Assembly: GCA_965655095.1 (NCBI GenBank)
Contig: OZ296648.1
Coordinates: 161,882,001-161,946,000 of the forward strand
Direction: 5' to 3'
Source: Haplodiscus bocki
Taxonomy: Eukaryota
DNA length: 64,000 nt
The first letter of the stretch is position 1. Each line of letters starts with the position of its first letter. The position numbers were made by a program, and so were the translations under genes. A model generated the notes under the pieces. The model saw only the letters and a program-made list of their open reading frames with translations, ran no database searches and was not told the origin of the DNA. This document shows positions 55,504 through 64,000 of the stretch, piece after piece.

Positions 55504-55630
55504 AATGTCCCTAAGTACCTAAGTAGTATAGGGGATAGGAGTGTTCACAACGGGGGGGGGTCCTTTGCCAATGTGGGGTTTACAACGGGTCTAATCCTTC
55601 CTTATTTGGATATAGTTTTTGTGGGCCTGC

Positions 55631-55710
55631 ATATTTTATTACGCGTGCGGATAAATTATTACGCGTGCGGAAGAATTATTACGCGTACGGAAAGTTTAGT
55701 ACGCCTACGG
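55631..55710. repeat. 4 x 20 bp tandem repeat containing ACGCGT
   Basis: ATATTTTATTACGCGTGCGG ATAAATTATTACGCGTGCGG AAGAATTATTACGCGTACGG AAAGTTTAGTACGCCTACGG. Confidence 0.92.
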
Positions 55711-55857
55711 CTCCCTTCTGCTGACGCTTCTTTATACTGATATGACTTAATGCTATGTAAAAAGATTGTATTAATGTTTTTAAAAGTTAATTAGAGTGTA
55801 TAAATATTAGCAATTACATTGTATAACCTGCACATTTACAATAGAAAAATTTGAAAA

Positions 55858-56247
55858 GTACATGTATTTACTTATGAATGAAAGTACATTAACATCGTGA
55901 ACTCCTGTAATTTCTGCTTATCGAAAATTGAAGAGATGAAAAACTGCATAAATCGTGTAGATACCGCAAACGCTGGGATGGGACTGTAGTGGTTCTGGCA
56001 TCATCTGTTCATATTGCTGCTTGAGGAAACTGTACTTTTTACGACCAAGAGAGTCTGCAAAATACAAATTTTCACGAGAGTTTGCAATCATTATCCAATG
56101 CTCACCCTGCATATTGCTGGGTTGCGTGTTTATAAAGGCAAAAGTGACATTGTCAAGAGTTGGAACATAGTCATAGGGAAAAGAGCGACGGTACCAATAT
56201 TTGAGTAATGGGATACGGTTGAATATTTGCTGGAGAGAAACATTAAC
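55858..56247 (-). pseudogene. Adenain-like (clan CE) virion maturation cysteine protease
   Basis: INTQPSNMQGEHW...YFADSLG...LQSHPSVCGIY gives H, D, Q, C in adenain order. The frame is open upstream to ~56247 without an ATG. There is a probable premature TAA at 55918-55920 followed by AEITGVHDVNVLSF. Confidence 0.88.
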
Positions 56248-57588
56248 ACTTTTTTTCCAACAACACCAAACTTGTCAACTGCAACCGATGATATTCGTTC
56301 TCCCAATACAATGAGTTCAGTAACATGTTCCAGAAGAAAAGTAAAGTTTAGCTCCAGCCCCAACGGTTCTCCAAAAAGTTCTCGGTAATGACAATTTTCA
56401 GTAGCATCTTGCATCGAAGTCAGATCAAACACTAGTACATAGTGGTCTTTGAGATTATCAATTGGAATTGAGGGGATATCATCTTGAAAGTTCATTGCTT
56501 TCATTGTAGTAACATAAAGGCGACAATTATCAGCAGTATCAAAGTCTACGGTTGGCTGACCTCCTCGGAGTATTCTAATTTGTCTAAGATCAAATTGTTG
56601 ATACCAGAATGGATTTTCAGTATAAGATCCAGTGAATGCAGAATTTGTATTCATTGCAATAGCAATCCGACGAACTGGAGCATTGTTGAAAATGTTTCCT
56701 TGAATGAATTGGTTTTGTCTGGCAGGAATGATGAAAGTCTTTGCAAGAGTTACCAAATAGCTGAACTCTACAGGGGTGTAAGCAAGCATGTCCATTCATT
56801 TCTCGTGATAATCATCCTTGAGAGCAATACGACGAGTTTAAAGTGAACAATCAACAATTCCAGGACCAACGTTAGGGTTGTCGCTAATCATGTAGAAATT
56901 AGGTCTGGCTCTGATTAGTCCTAGCCTAAATTTCATATTAGGATATAACAATTCGGAAGTGGAGAAAAAGTCATTCCCCAGTTTACCATACAACATGAAG
57001 CCATCAGGTCTGCTAAGCATTTTCTTTCTCCTTGCGAAAAAAGGTTGAGACAAAGGCGCTTCCATAATTTCATCAGGAAATTCTTCGTAGTTGTACCCCT
57101 CGCAATGCAAAACTCCCTTGTATTCAGAGATGGCTCTTTTCAAGTTGTTAGAAATATACGATTTGTGCAAATACAATCCATTAAATTGGTAAAATTGTTG
57201 ATTGTTGATGTACACTTCAACATTGGAAAAATTTGAGTGTAAAATGTTGTTTACATGAGTAACGAGAGGAACTGGAGCGTCTTCCTCCGCCATCTCTTCC
57301 TCTTCTGCTTTTGCCTCTTCTTTGTGTTCCTTTTTTACTTGTTTGGTATTTTAAATTTCGTAACCACGGCCCCTGACAGGTTTCAGTTTCAAAGCCAAGT
57401 ACGTCTGTCTCAAATCAACGTGATAGTTCCGATTCGTTTGAAATTCTAACTCTACAGTTTTCATCGAGTGACGTTGTAGGATAGATTTCTTGTTCATGGG
57501 ACGACAAGACATCGTCATCTACTGGGACTTTCCCTCCAAGATTTCCAGAAACTGCCACAAAAGGTTGGTACCGAAAATTACTCGACAT
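56248..57588 (-). pseudogene. Polinton/adintovirus major capsid protein (double jelly-roll), fragmented
   Basis: Reconstructed from MSSNFRYQPF (ATG 57588), VDLRQTYLALKLK, VNNILHSNFSNVEVYINNQ, NIFNNAPVRRIAIAM, GSYTENPFWYQQFDL and LVFDLT. Frameshift ~57455, stop ~57350, break ~56838. Confidence 0.88.
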
Positions 57589-57590
57589 GA

Positions 57591-57977
57591 TTAATGAAAA
57601 ATGTTTGTAAAAATGTCTCTTCGTGACCGACTGGTTTGTTTTGCAGATTTTGTTGGAATGAATCTGATTGCCTGCCGTACGGCTATGGCTCCCTTCCTTT
57701 TCCTGCTACCACTACCCAACTGTTTTCTCAGAGTCTGTCTTCCCACACTCTTTGCAGCTGTCTTGCTATTCTTTCTGCCACTAACAACCTCTGCAACTTC
57801 TGGCACCGTAAAGTCCAACAAGTCAGCATCTAAGCGTTTTGCAGCTGGGAAAACATATTTATGCAAAAGTGGAATTGCAGTTCTCCCAATAACTTGTGCA
57901 AGTGCACCGAATCCCCGTCCACGTTGTCGACCAACACCTTTATAGTATGGAAACTCTACTTGTCTTGAAGTATCCAT
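57591..57977 (-). CDS. Basic virion protein with an amphipathic N-terminal helix (protein VI/pX-like)
   Basis: Intact 128 aa ORF; YYKGVGRQRGRGFGALAQVIGRTAIPLL motif; K/R-rich C-terminus; lies between penton and MCP. Confidence 0.72.
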   Translation of the reverse strand: MDTSRQVEFPYYKGVGRQRGRGFGALAQVIGRTAIPLLHKYVFPAAKRLDADLLDFTVPEVAEVVSGRKNSKTAAKSVGRQTLRKQLGSGSRKRKGAIAVRQAIRFIPTKSAKQTSRSRRDIFTNIFH

Positions 57978-57995
57978 CTTGTAACGTCTTTTAGA

Positions 57996-58798
57996 TTAGA
58001 AATGAATGTTGGAGGCTTTTCTGAACATCAAAACAAGACAAGTGATACCGACAGATACAAAGGGTATTTTTTCGCCGCTCGTGTCTCTCAAGTCAATGTG
58101 AATACTGTGAAAGGAATTTTTGAGCAGCGGTCTGAATTGCAGGTTGCTAGATGTCTGATAGTTCATGTACTGTCCGGTAGTTATAATGTCTCCAGACTTG
58201 AGCTTCGAAACAAAAGGAAAGCAACGCAGCAAGGGAGTTTTTGTGTCACCAACGATATTGTATTCAAACACGTCGGTGTATATCATGAGAGAGTGTATGC
58301 GGACAATGTCGTAAGCAAATTCAGGTTTGTGAGGTCCTTTTCCTCTCAACGTTACTCCAAATTCATTACCAACATTACTTCCGATAATGTGTCGCAGATC
58401 CGTACTGAAGAATGCAAGACCAGATTTTTCATTTGCAAGGTAAATCTCAACTTTTTGCGTTCTTCGAGACACTTTAGCTTTGATACAGTTTTCGCTGTGA
58501 TTGTGCCTTTCTTGAATGAGAATGTTCATGGTTTCAACAAAATCCGTAATGGAAGGGTGAAGACCAGCTTCCAGGTAATAGAATTCTGATGTGTTTGAAA
58601 ATTTCTTGTCAAAGAACATAAATTTCCCTTCCGTAACGTTTTGGTAGATTGATGGTAGGATGTTTTTGAAGCTGCAACCTCCCATTGACCATCCAGATTC
58701 AGTTGCTCTGGTAAAAAGTTTGTAAAAGAGCTCAGTTTTTTGTCTGGAAATAGTTGTGCAGATGCATTTGCAACCAACTCTCTTGTAAACGATTCCAT
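57996..58798 (-). pseudogene. Minor capsid protein (penton, single jelly-roll), one frameshift
   Basis: N-terminus MESFTRELVANASAQLFPD...FLPEQLNLDGQWEVA (ORF 58526-58798) shifts frame near 58665 into ...IYTDVFEYNIVGDTKTPLLR...IHIDLRDTSGEKIPF...LVLMFRK (ORF ending 57996). Confidence 0.88.
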
Positions 58799-58800
58799 TG

Positions 58801-59692
58801 TTAAATGACTTTGACCATCTCCTTCTGATAAAAATTTCCGCGGATAATCTCTTCCTGTTCATCCTTTTTTGTGTTTGTTGGTGGTTTTCTGGAAGAAATT
58901 GCAACTATTTTGAAAACATCTTTTGTAAACTGTGACTTATAACCCCTCCTGAAGGGTAAATCATACTTAGAGATGCGAACTCTGTCTCCAATTTTAGACT
59001 GGGGTTTTCTAAATTCTCGTAGTGGTTTGCTGTACAAATGGACAAAAAGTCGGAATTCTTTACATTCTTTGGTATCAAGTCTATCGAGCAAGTTCTTCTA
59101 GAATTTAGTGTTGTAACAAATTGAGTCAATTTGTGAGTGTACTTGTATCCATTGTCTTCCATGTAACGGTAAAGTATATTTTTCAGGGATCGTATGGTAC
59201 GTTCAGCAAATGCGGCCTTGGTCTCGCTCCTTGTAGAGTAACTTTGTATTCCTTCAGCTTTGCATAATTTTTAAAACTCTGCAGCAATTTCTGTTCCCTT
59301 GTCAACTTAAATGTTTTTGGGTCGATTCTTTCTTGTAATCATAGTCAAAAATGCACGAACAGTTTCCTTGGAATCTTTTTTCATTCCTTTTGCATCTACA
59401 GTTATATCAAACAGGTCTTGAAGAACTAGAAGATATTTTACACCGTTATTATTTTCGGCTAGTTTATCAACGTATGCCAAGTCGATACAACAAATTTCAT
59501 TTTTGAATCTGGCAAATGCTTTCATGCCCTTGAATTTACTTGCAGTGGGAGTAAATTTTGTATAGGAAGGTTTTGAATGCAAAAATTGTCTCACCTTTGA
59601 TACTGACAGATTGTTAGATTGCACTAAGTTGCGCACAGAGCCATAAGCAGCACCACCCTCTGTGTACACTCTCTGCAGCTTCTGACGATCAG
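58801..59692 (-). pseudogene. Retroviral-type DDE integrase of the Polinton
   Basis: AAYGSV..., CCIDLAYV (D), *VDKGTEI (D), KAAFAERTIRSLK (E), KIGDRVRISK, RGNFYQKEM. Two in-frame stops (59307 and ~59272) and a frameshift at ~59040. Confidence 0.93.
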
Positions 59693-60099
59693 TTTTTGAA
59701 AGGGACCCAGCTTCCTCTCTCTTTAGCTTTGGCTTTCTGATTCAGAATCAAAGTCGGAGATATACCAGCGACGTCAAGTAAATTAAAGTAAATGTCTGGA
59801 ACGTCTGCATTCTTACGACGCAGTTGTTGAGCAAAGTCCGGCAGGAAAATTCCACTTTCTACACCATCCAAATTTAAAGTTTGTGAATTTGAGAATTTGA
59901 TACGTGGAGAAGACAAAATTTTGTCTACTAAAGTGTCTGTTTTGGAAAATCAGTTTTGGTTTACCTCCTTTTTAAGTGAATCAATTTGGCACGTGAGATT
60001 TTGTGAAGGCTGATACTTTGGAAGTTCCTGCTTTGTAACTGACTGGGTAATCAAACTTGTGTTGTACCCAGAAGCAGGAACGAGGGCAAACTGGTCCAT
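59689..60099 (-). pseudogene. Polinton protein of unknown function, one in-frame stop
   Basis: ATG at 60099 (MDQFALVPAS...) is in frame with ORF 59689-59916 across a single TGA; it fills the gap between neighbouring genes exactly. Confidence 0.6.
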
Positions 60100-60100
60100 A

Positions 60101-60403
60101 TCAAGACAAATGGTTAAGGACGGGAGGAGTAATAACTTTAATGAGCTGTAACCCGCTTTCGGACGCCAGAATGTCTCTTCTTTGCTTCCAAGTTGTACGT
60201 TTTAGAGACAATAGTCGAACTTCGCTTTGAAATTTTGCCACGTAATGTCTTTTTATGCTTTGCAGGTTTCTTTTGAGCAGATTTATTATGCAATCGCAAA
60301 GAAACTGGATAACCTCTTTTGGGCAAGACTGAAGGAGAAGACTTTTGCATCTGTGGGATATTGATTGGAACACTTGGAGAGTAGAAAAATCTTGTGTGTT
60401 CAC
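60101..60403 (-). CDS. Small basic Polinton protein (C.C..NLL motif), overlapping the ATPase 3' end
   Basis: QFLCDCIINLLKRNL...VRLLSLKRTTWKQRRDIL...GLQLI resembles a small protein I recall downstream of the ATPase in adintovirus-like elements. Start uncertain. Confidence 0.55.
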   Translation of the reverse strand: MNTQDFSTLQVFQSISHRCKSLLLQSCPKEVIQFLCDCIINLLKRNLQSIKRHYVAKFQSEVRLLSLKRTTWKQRRDILASESGLQLIKVITPPVLNHLS

Positions 60404-61036
60404 CGTCCAAATTTTTTGATTGTTTCAGTCGGTCCGGGATATGAAATTTTGAGAGAATAGATCCAGTGTTTGTACAATAACGTAACTGAGCGTCCGTGCG
60501 TGGTAACAAATCAATCAGCAAATGACCAAAGGGAACAGACGTTGCATCTCGATACCACTCAACTAGTTCTGAACCAAGACCCAACTGTGTGCTAAGGGTA
60601 GTTACTTGAGGAGAGCAATGTGAGTGTTTTGTAACTCAACGTCTCCTCCTAGTTTGCTCTGGTGAAAAAAGTTGTGTTTAATGTAGATTGTGCTCAGACC
60701 CCGAAGTCTCCCAGTGGTGGCAATGTCAACAAAGGCCTTTGAATTCCAAATCTCTTCACAGGAGTTGTCAAAATATAACAAATACTTTGTACCGTTGTTT
60801 TTTAATGAATCAATAAATTCAAAGTTTACTCCACGAACAAACTCGAGATTTTCAATTTCCTTTTGCATACCATCGTAAAGAAGTTGGGAATGTTGATGAA
60901 AAAAGTAAATTTTGTCAAACTTTGATTGAAATGTTCCAATTTTCAGCCAATTGTAAATAAGCTGCAATTTTCCAGTTTCTGATGGACCAACCAATGAAAA
61001 AAAGACTCTATTTTTTGTAGAAATTAACTTGTTCAT
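60138..61036 (-). pseudogene. A32/FtsK-like genome packaging ATPase, frameshifted
   Basis: Walker A LVGPSETGK, Walker B LLYFDN, GRLRGLSTIYIKHNFF (degenerate GRH arginine-finger region). It breaks at ~60602 and resumes QVTTLSTQLG...YRDATSVPFGHLLIDL...LRYCTN. Confidence 0.92.
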
Positions 61037-61293
61037 AATCTTGGTGAGGGTGAAATGTATCCTGCCACACTGCACAATATTCCAACCCAAACAGTTGATT
61101 CGTCAAAAGTTTTTGAAAAGTGAAATCTCCAAAATCAACCAAAGATGATTCACAAAATGACAAAAAGTTGGGACGGAAACGCAATTAGCGATATGGAACA
61201 GGTTGGTCCCAAACAGGCCCAAAATTTCCTCGCTTGATTGTTGTCGTCATAGACAATTTTACCTGGATTTTTTTTATCTTCTCGATCAGTCAT
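61033..61293 (-). pseudogene. Small two-hydrophobic-segment protein (86 codons, two internal stops), absent from the ORF track
   Basis: MTDREDKKNPGKIVYDDNNQARKFWACLGPTCSISLIAFPSQLFVIL*IIFG*FWRFHFSKTFDESTVWVGILCSVAGYISPSPRL*; its stop overlaps the ATPase start (ATGA). Confidence 0.62.
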
Positions 61294-61401
61294 CTGTTTC
61301 GTAAGCTCAAGTTCTCAAAATGAATGCTATAGAAAAAATCATGTCGATTTGAAAGAATTGAATTAGTAGTAAACACAAATACAATAAACACAAACAAAAC
61401 T

Positions 61402-61857
61402 TTACAAATGTTGCACAGCCCATTCTCCGTATACCTTTGCTTTCCTCTCGGCACAGTGAAGCCTTGTTTTGTGTCAGAAAGGGTACATAGAGCAGATCCA
61501 CGAACTGTCCGTTTTAACAAGATCTCGAACTTTTGGGCAACCATAGTCATCCAAATTTTCTACATTTCGTCCAAGAAGATTGGTCAACAGTCTACACTTT
61601 TCAAACCCTTTAGCAAACACTTCTGCATTCATTAGTTTTCTGTCGTAAAAGACAGCAAACAGCTTCTCATAATGCAGCTTTCCAATGCTCCACGCAATTC
61701 CATGTAGATGACTTGTGTTCCATGTTGTCTGTTTATTAGGTTTAAAAGTTTTTGGCGGACAAAATGAAAATCCTTGTAGAAAACCATCTATATAAAATCC
61801 CAGTTCTTGAATTATGATTTTATCAGTTAGCTCTATATCTAGTACAATCAGAGACAT
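61402..61857 (-). pseudogene. DEDD-superfamily 3'-5' exonuclease-like protein, one nonsense codon
   Basis: IVLDIE...IQELG, HLHGIAW..G, VFAKGFEK, NLDDYGCPK; an in-frame TGA at 61474 is followed by HKTRLHCAERKAKVYGEW..HL*. Confidence 0.62.
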
Positions 61858-61863
61858 ACTGTT

Positions 61864-62268
61864 TCAAAAATCAACAGAATTGAAAATGGAGGGCAGAAAG
61901 ATTTTTACGTAAAGGCAAAAGAGTAATCCAGTCACGTGACCGAGCAAACATGAATTTGGTCCTCTTCCAATCATGTAGCAGTAGCCTTGACTTTTGCCAC
62001 TATGTGCCCGCACTGCTCCAGCAGCATCATGTAGTATTGCGTGTACTCTAAATAATTTGAAATGACGAATTTAAAACTCCAAATACGAGTCCCCATAACC
62101 AATGGTTCCACCAAATTTCAATTTTTGGTCCATTTCACGTAAAGAAAGTCTAGAATCCCAACAGAAACACGCACTTAGAAACAAGTTTTTGCGAACACTA
62201 TTGTCTTCAAATGACATTTTGAATCCCGAGTACAATCAGAAAATGCTCATGAGGAAGAGAACATCCAT
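61864..62268 (-). pseudogene. HD-dyad protein, possibly phospholipase A2-like (134 codons, two internal stops), absent from the ORF track
   Basis: Hand translation: ...KFGGTIGYGDSYLEF*IRHFKLFRVHAILHDAAGAVRAHSGKSQGYCYMIGRGPNSCLLGHVTGLLFCLY...; it fits between its neighbours. Confidence 0.55.
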
Positions 62269-62285
62269 TCTTGACAGAGTTTGTT

Positions 62286-62579
62286 TCAATTATGAAAAGT
62301 TGTTTCATCCAGTACAATGCACCGCTTGTAGAATATGTCAATGTAGCTCAAGAGATAGACTCCTTTTGCCAGAAGTGACAGATATTCTGTTAATTTCAGA
62401 TCAACTTCATTATGTTTGAGGTATAAATTGTTTCGGTAACGGTACACGACAATGTTCAACTTGTCTGTATCCGTCTGGAAGTTCACACATACTTTCCTCC
62501 TACCATTATATATTGTCCATTTTAGGCGAGATATTTCTTCTTTGGAGTCAGTCTTTTCAATGTTTGGCAATTGTTGCAT
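62286..62579 (-). CDS. Hypothetical protein, possibly PC4-like ssDNA-binding fold
   Basis: Alternating beta-strand pattern (RKVCVNF, LNIVVYRY, EVDL) followed by helix TEYLSLL; co-oriented with the gene block. Confidence 0.4.
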   Translation of the reverse strand: MQQLPNIEKTDSKEEISRLKWTIYNGRRKVCVNFQTDTDKLNIVVYRYRNNLYLKHNEVDLKLTEYLSLLAKGVYLLSYIDIFYKRCIVLDETTFHN

Positions 62580-62799
62580 TTCAACTACAGCCAGTGTAAG
62601 TTTTTCGGGAGAAGTTTTGGAGTTGTAAGTACAACATGATAAAGTCCCATTTTTGATTTTAACTTGAGAAAGAAGTTTCTAATTTCTCCAATGTTCCAAC
62701 TCATCTTGACTCGAAAAGGAAGAAAAATATTAAAGTGTAAATATATGGATATACTTCTTCTAGAACATTACAAATGGGTTTAACAGCAATAAAGTTATC

Positions 62800-63190
62800 A
62801 GATACAGAATTCATTACATCAATGAGATAGATACATTCTTCAACTTTTTAATTCACATAAAAGACTGGTTGAAAATTCTCGTCCTTCTTCTTCCCTGCAA
62901 TTATTCGGACATGAGTTTTAGAACTCTCTGACTTGTCCACGCTGTCTCGTAGCAGAGTCACACAAACCTTTCTGTTTGTTCCGTCCAGTATGTCAACCAC
63001 ATTTTTAGCCAGTTTGAGTTGTTCATCCATGTCTTTGCACCTTGTTGGCATCAGCACCGGAGACAAGTTTCCTTTTCTAACAAAGTTTTCTGCTGCAATG
63101 ATCAGCTGATTCGTCAATCGCATGAACTGATTGAAATTTGCCTCTCCCGTTGAAGATTTTGTACCAGTCGGAAATCTTTGTTGTCATCTC
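62800..63190 (-). pseudogene. Disrupted hypothetical protein with tandem PC4-like strand-strand-helix motifs
   Basis: DDNKDFRLVQNL (frameshift) GEANFNQFMRL...NRKVCVTLL...HVRII...VFYVN*KVEECIYL; shares RKVCV with ORF 62286-62579. Confidence 0.35.
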
Positions 63191-63879
63191 AGATATCACA
63201 TTGAAGTATTAGGAGACATCAAAGAGTTGCTACAAAAATTGGATGCATTCTGTTTCAACTAACAACACGTAGACTGTCTGATTACACTTTTCAAGTTTAT
63301 ATCGATTGGGTGGCAAAATTGTAGTCAAGAGTGCACAACTCTTTGATAAGGTACAGAGGGCATTCCATTTGAACCGCCAAAACAGAGGAGTGTGCAGAAT
63401 GCCCAGCATCGTGAAAAAAAGACTCTTCAGGGAAAAGTAGCAAAAACAATTCTTGAGCTCCTTCCAAACGAATAAATTGACGCAAATTAGTAGACCAGTC
63501 CTTGCAGACAGAATTGAGCAAGTTAATAGGCTTTAATTCGAGATAGAAGTGACAACACTTCTAGATTGTTTTCTCGATGCTTATGGTTACCACATTAACA
63601 ATTTAGTATCTTTTAAAAAAAAGTTCTTAATGAACCAATCATTTTTTGAATTCCAAAGAAATTTGTACTAATCAATTGGTAGTGCGATTCACGTAATCAT
63701 CACAACCAACTGCCATTAGGAAAACAAGAACCAAACATATAGCACCAGATGTGAGACAAACACATGCCATACACTCCTTAAAAATTTTCACCCAGAGCCG
63801 TTGTAATTTTCCAACAAAATATTCTTTCATTTTGGTAAAACATTGATATTAAGTCAGCAAGAATCTGAGAGAACGATAT

Positions 63880-64000
63880 ACAACCCCGATTTTTAAATTA
63901 AAATTTAACAACGCGTCGGATTTTAAATTAAACTTTTTACAAATTGTCGGGTTTTATATTAAAAGAAAATACAACGAGTTAGATTTTGAATACAAATTTT
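63880..64000. repeat. Start of a ~28-32 bp degenerate tandem repeat inside the element
   Basis: Units start ACAA at 63880, 63908, 63939 and 63971; consensus approximately ACAACGCGTCGGATTTTAAATTAAAATTT. Confidence 0.7.

Larger units (their letters stand above)
54844..64000 (-). mobile_element. Endogenous Polinton/Maverick (adintovirus-like) element, one arm, decayed; continues beyond the window
   Basis: Starts AGTAGTAGAGTAGT (Polinton-type terminus). Contains co-oriented adenain-like protease, MCP, penton, DDE integrase and A32/FtsK-like ATPase, the hallmark Polinton set apart from pPolB. Confidence 0.95.

Noticed and set aside
58799-58904. N-terminal extension of the 302 aa ORF 57996-58904
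   Set aside because: An out-of-frame read of the integrase end caused by the penton frameshift; the true penton start is 58798.
56014-62419. Plus-strand ORFs over the Polinton genes (e.g. 56484, 57601, 58002, 62102)
   Set aside because: Antisense shadows of recognisable minus-strand genes, with no motifs of their own.

Overview
AT-rich eukaryotic (probably invertebrate) heterochromatin-like DNA in two parts. (1) 1-~54,450 is a non-coding tandem macrosatellite. I counted 35 copies of an anchor motif, with periods mostly 1.40-1.59 kb. It is arranged as blocks of homogenised subfamilies (A1 ~1406 bp, A2 ~1543 bp, B1 ~1580 bp, B2 ~1582 bp, C ~1580 bp) separated by degenerate, deletion-bearing units. 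Each unit is a diverged dimer of ~790 bp halves and possibly a 10-mer of an ancient ~158 bp monomer. The ORF-track hits there are spurious. (2) From 54,844 to the window end lies one arm of a decayed endogenous Polinton/Maverick (adintovirus-like) element. It begins with an AGTAGT terminus and a repeat-rich subterminal region. A tightly packed minus-strand gene block follows: adenain-like protease, major capsid, protein VI/pX-like protein, penton, DDE integrase, two unknown ORFs, packaging ATPase, a hidden 2-TM protein, a DEDD-like nuclease, a hidden HD/PLA2-like protein and PC4-like ORFs. Most genes carry stops or frameshifts, and no pPolB is visible in the window. The element appears to have inserted into the tail of a Ty3/gypsy-like pol next to a 107 bp TG...CA LTR-like segment. 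All family assignments come from motifs recognised by eye; no database search was run.
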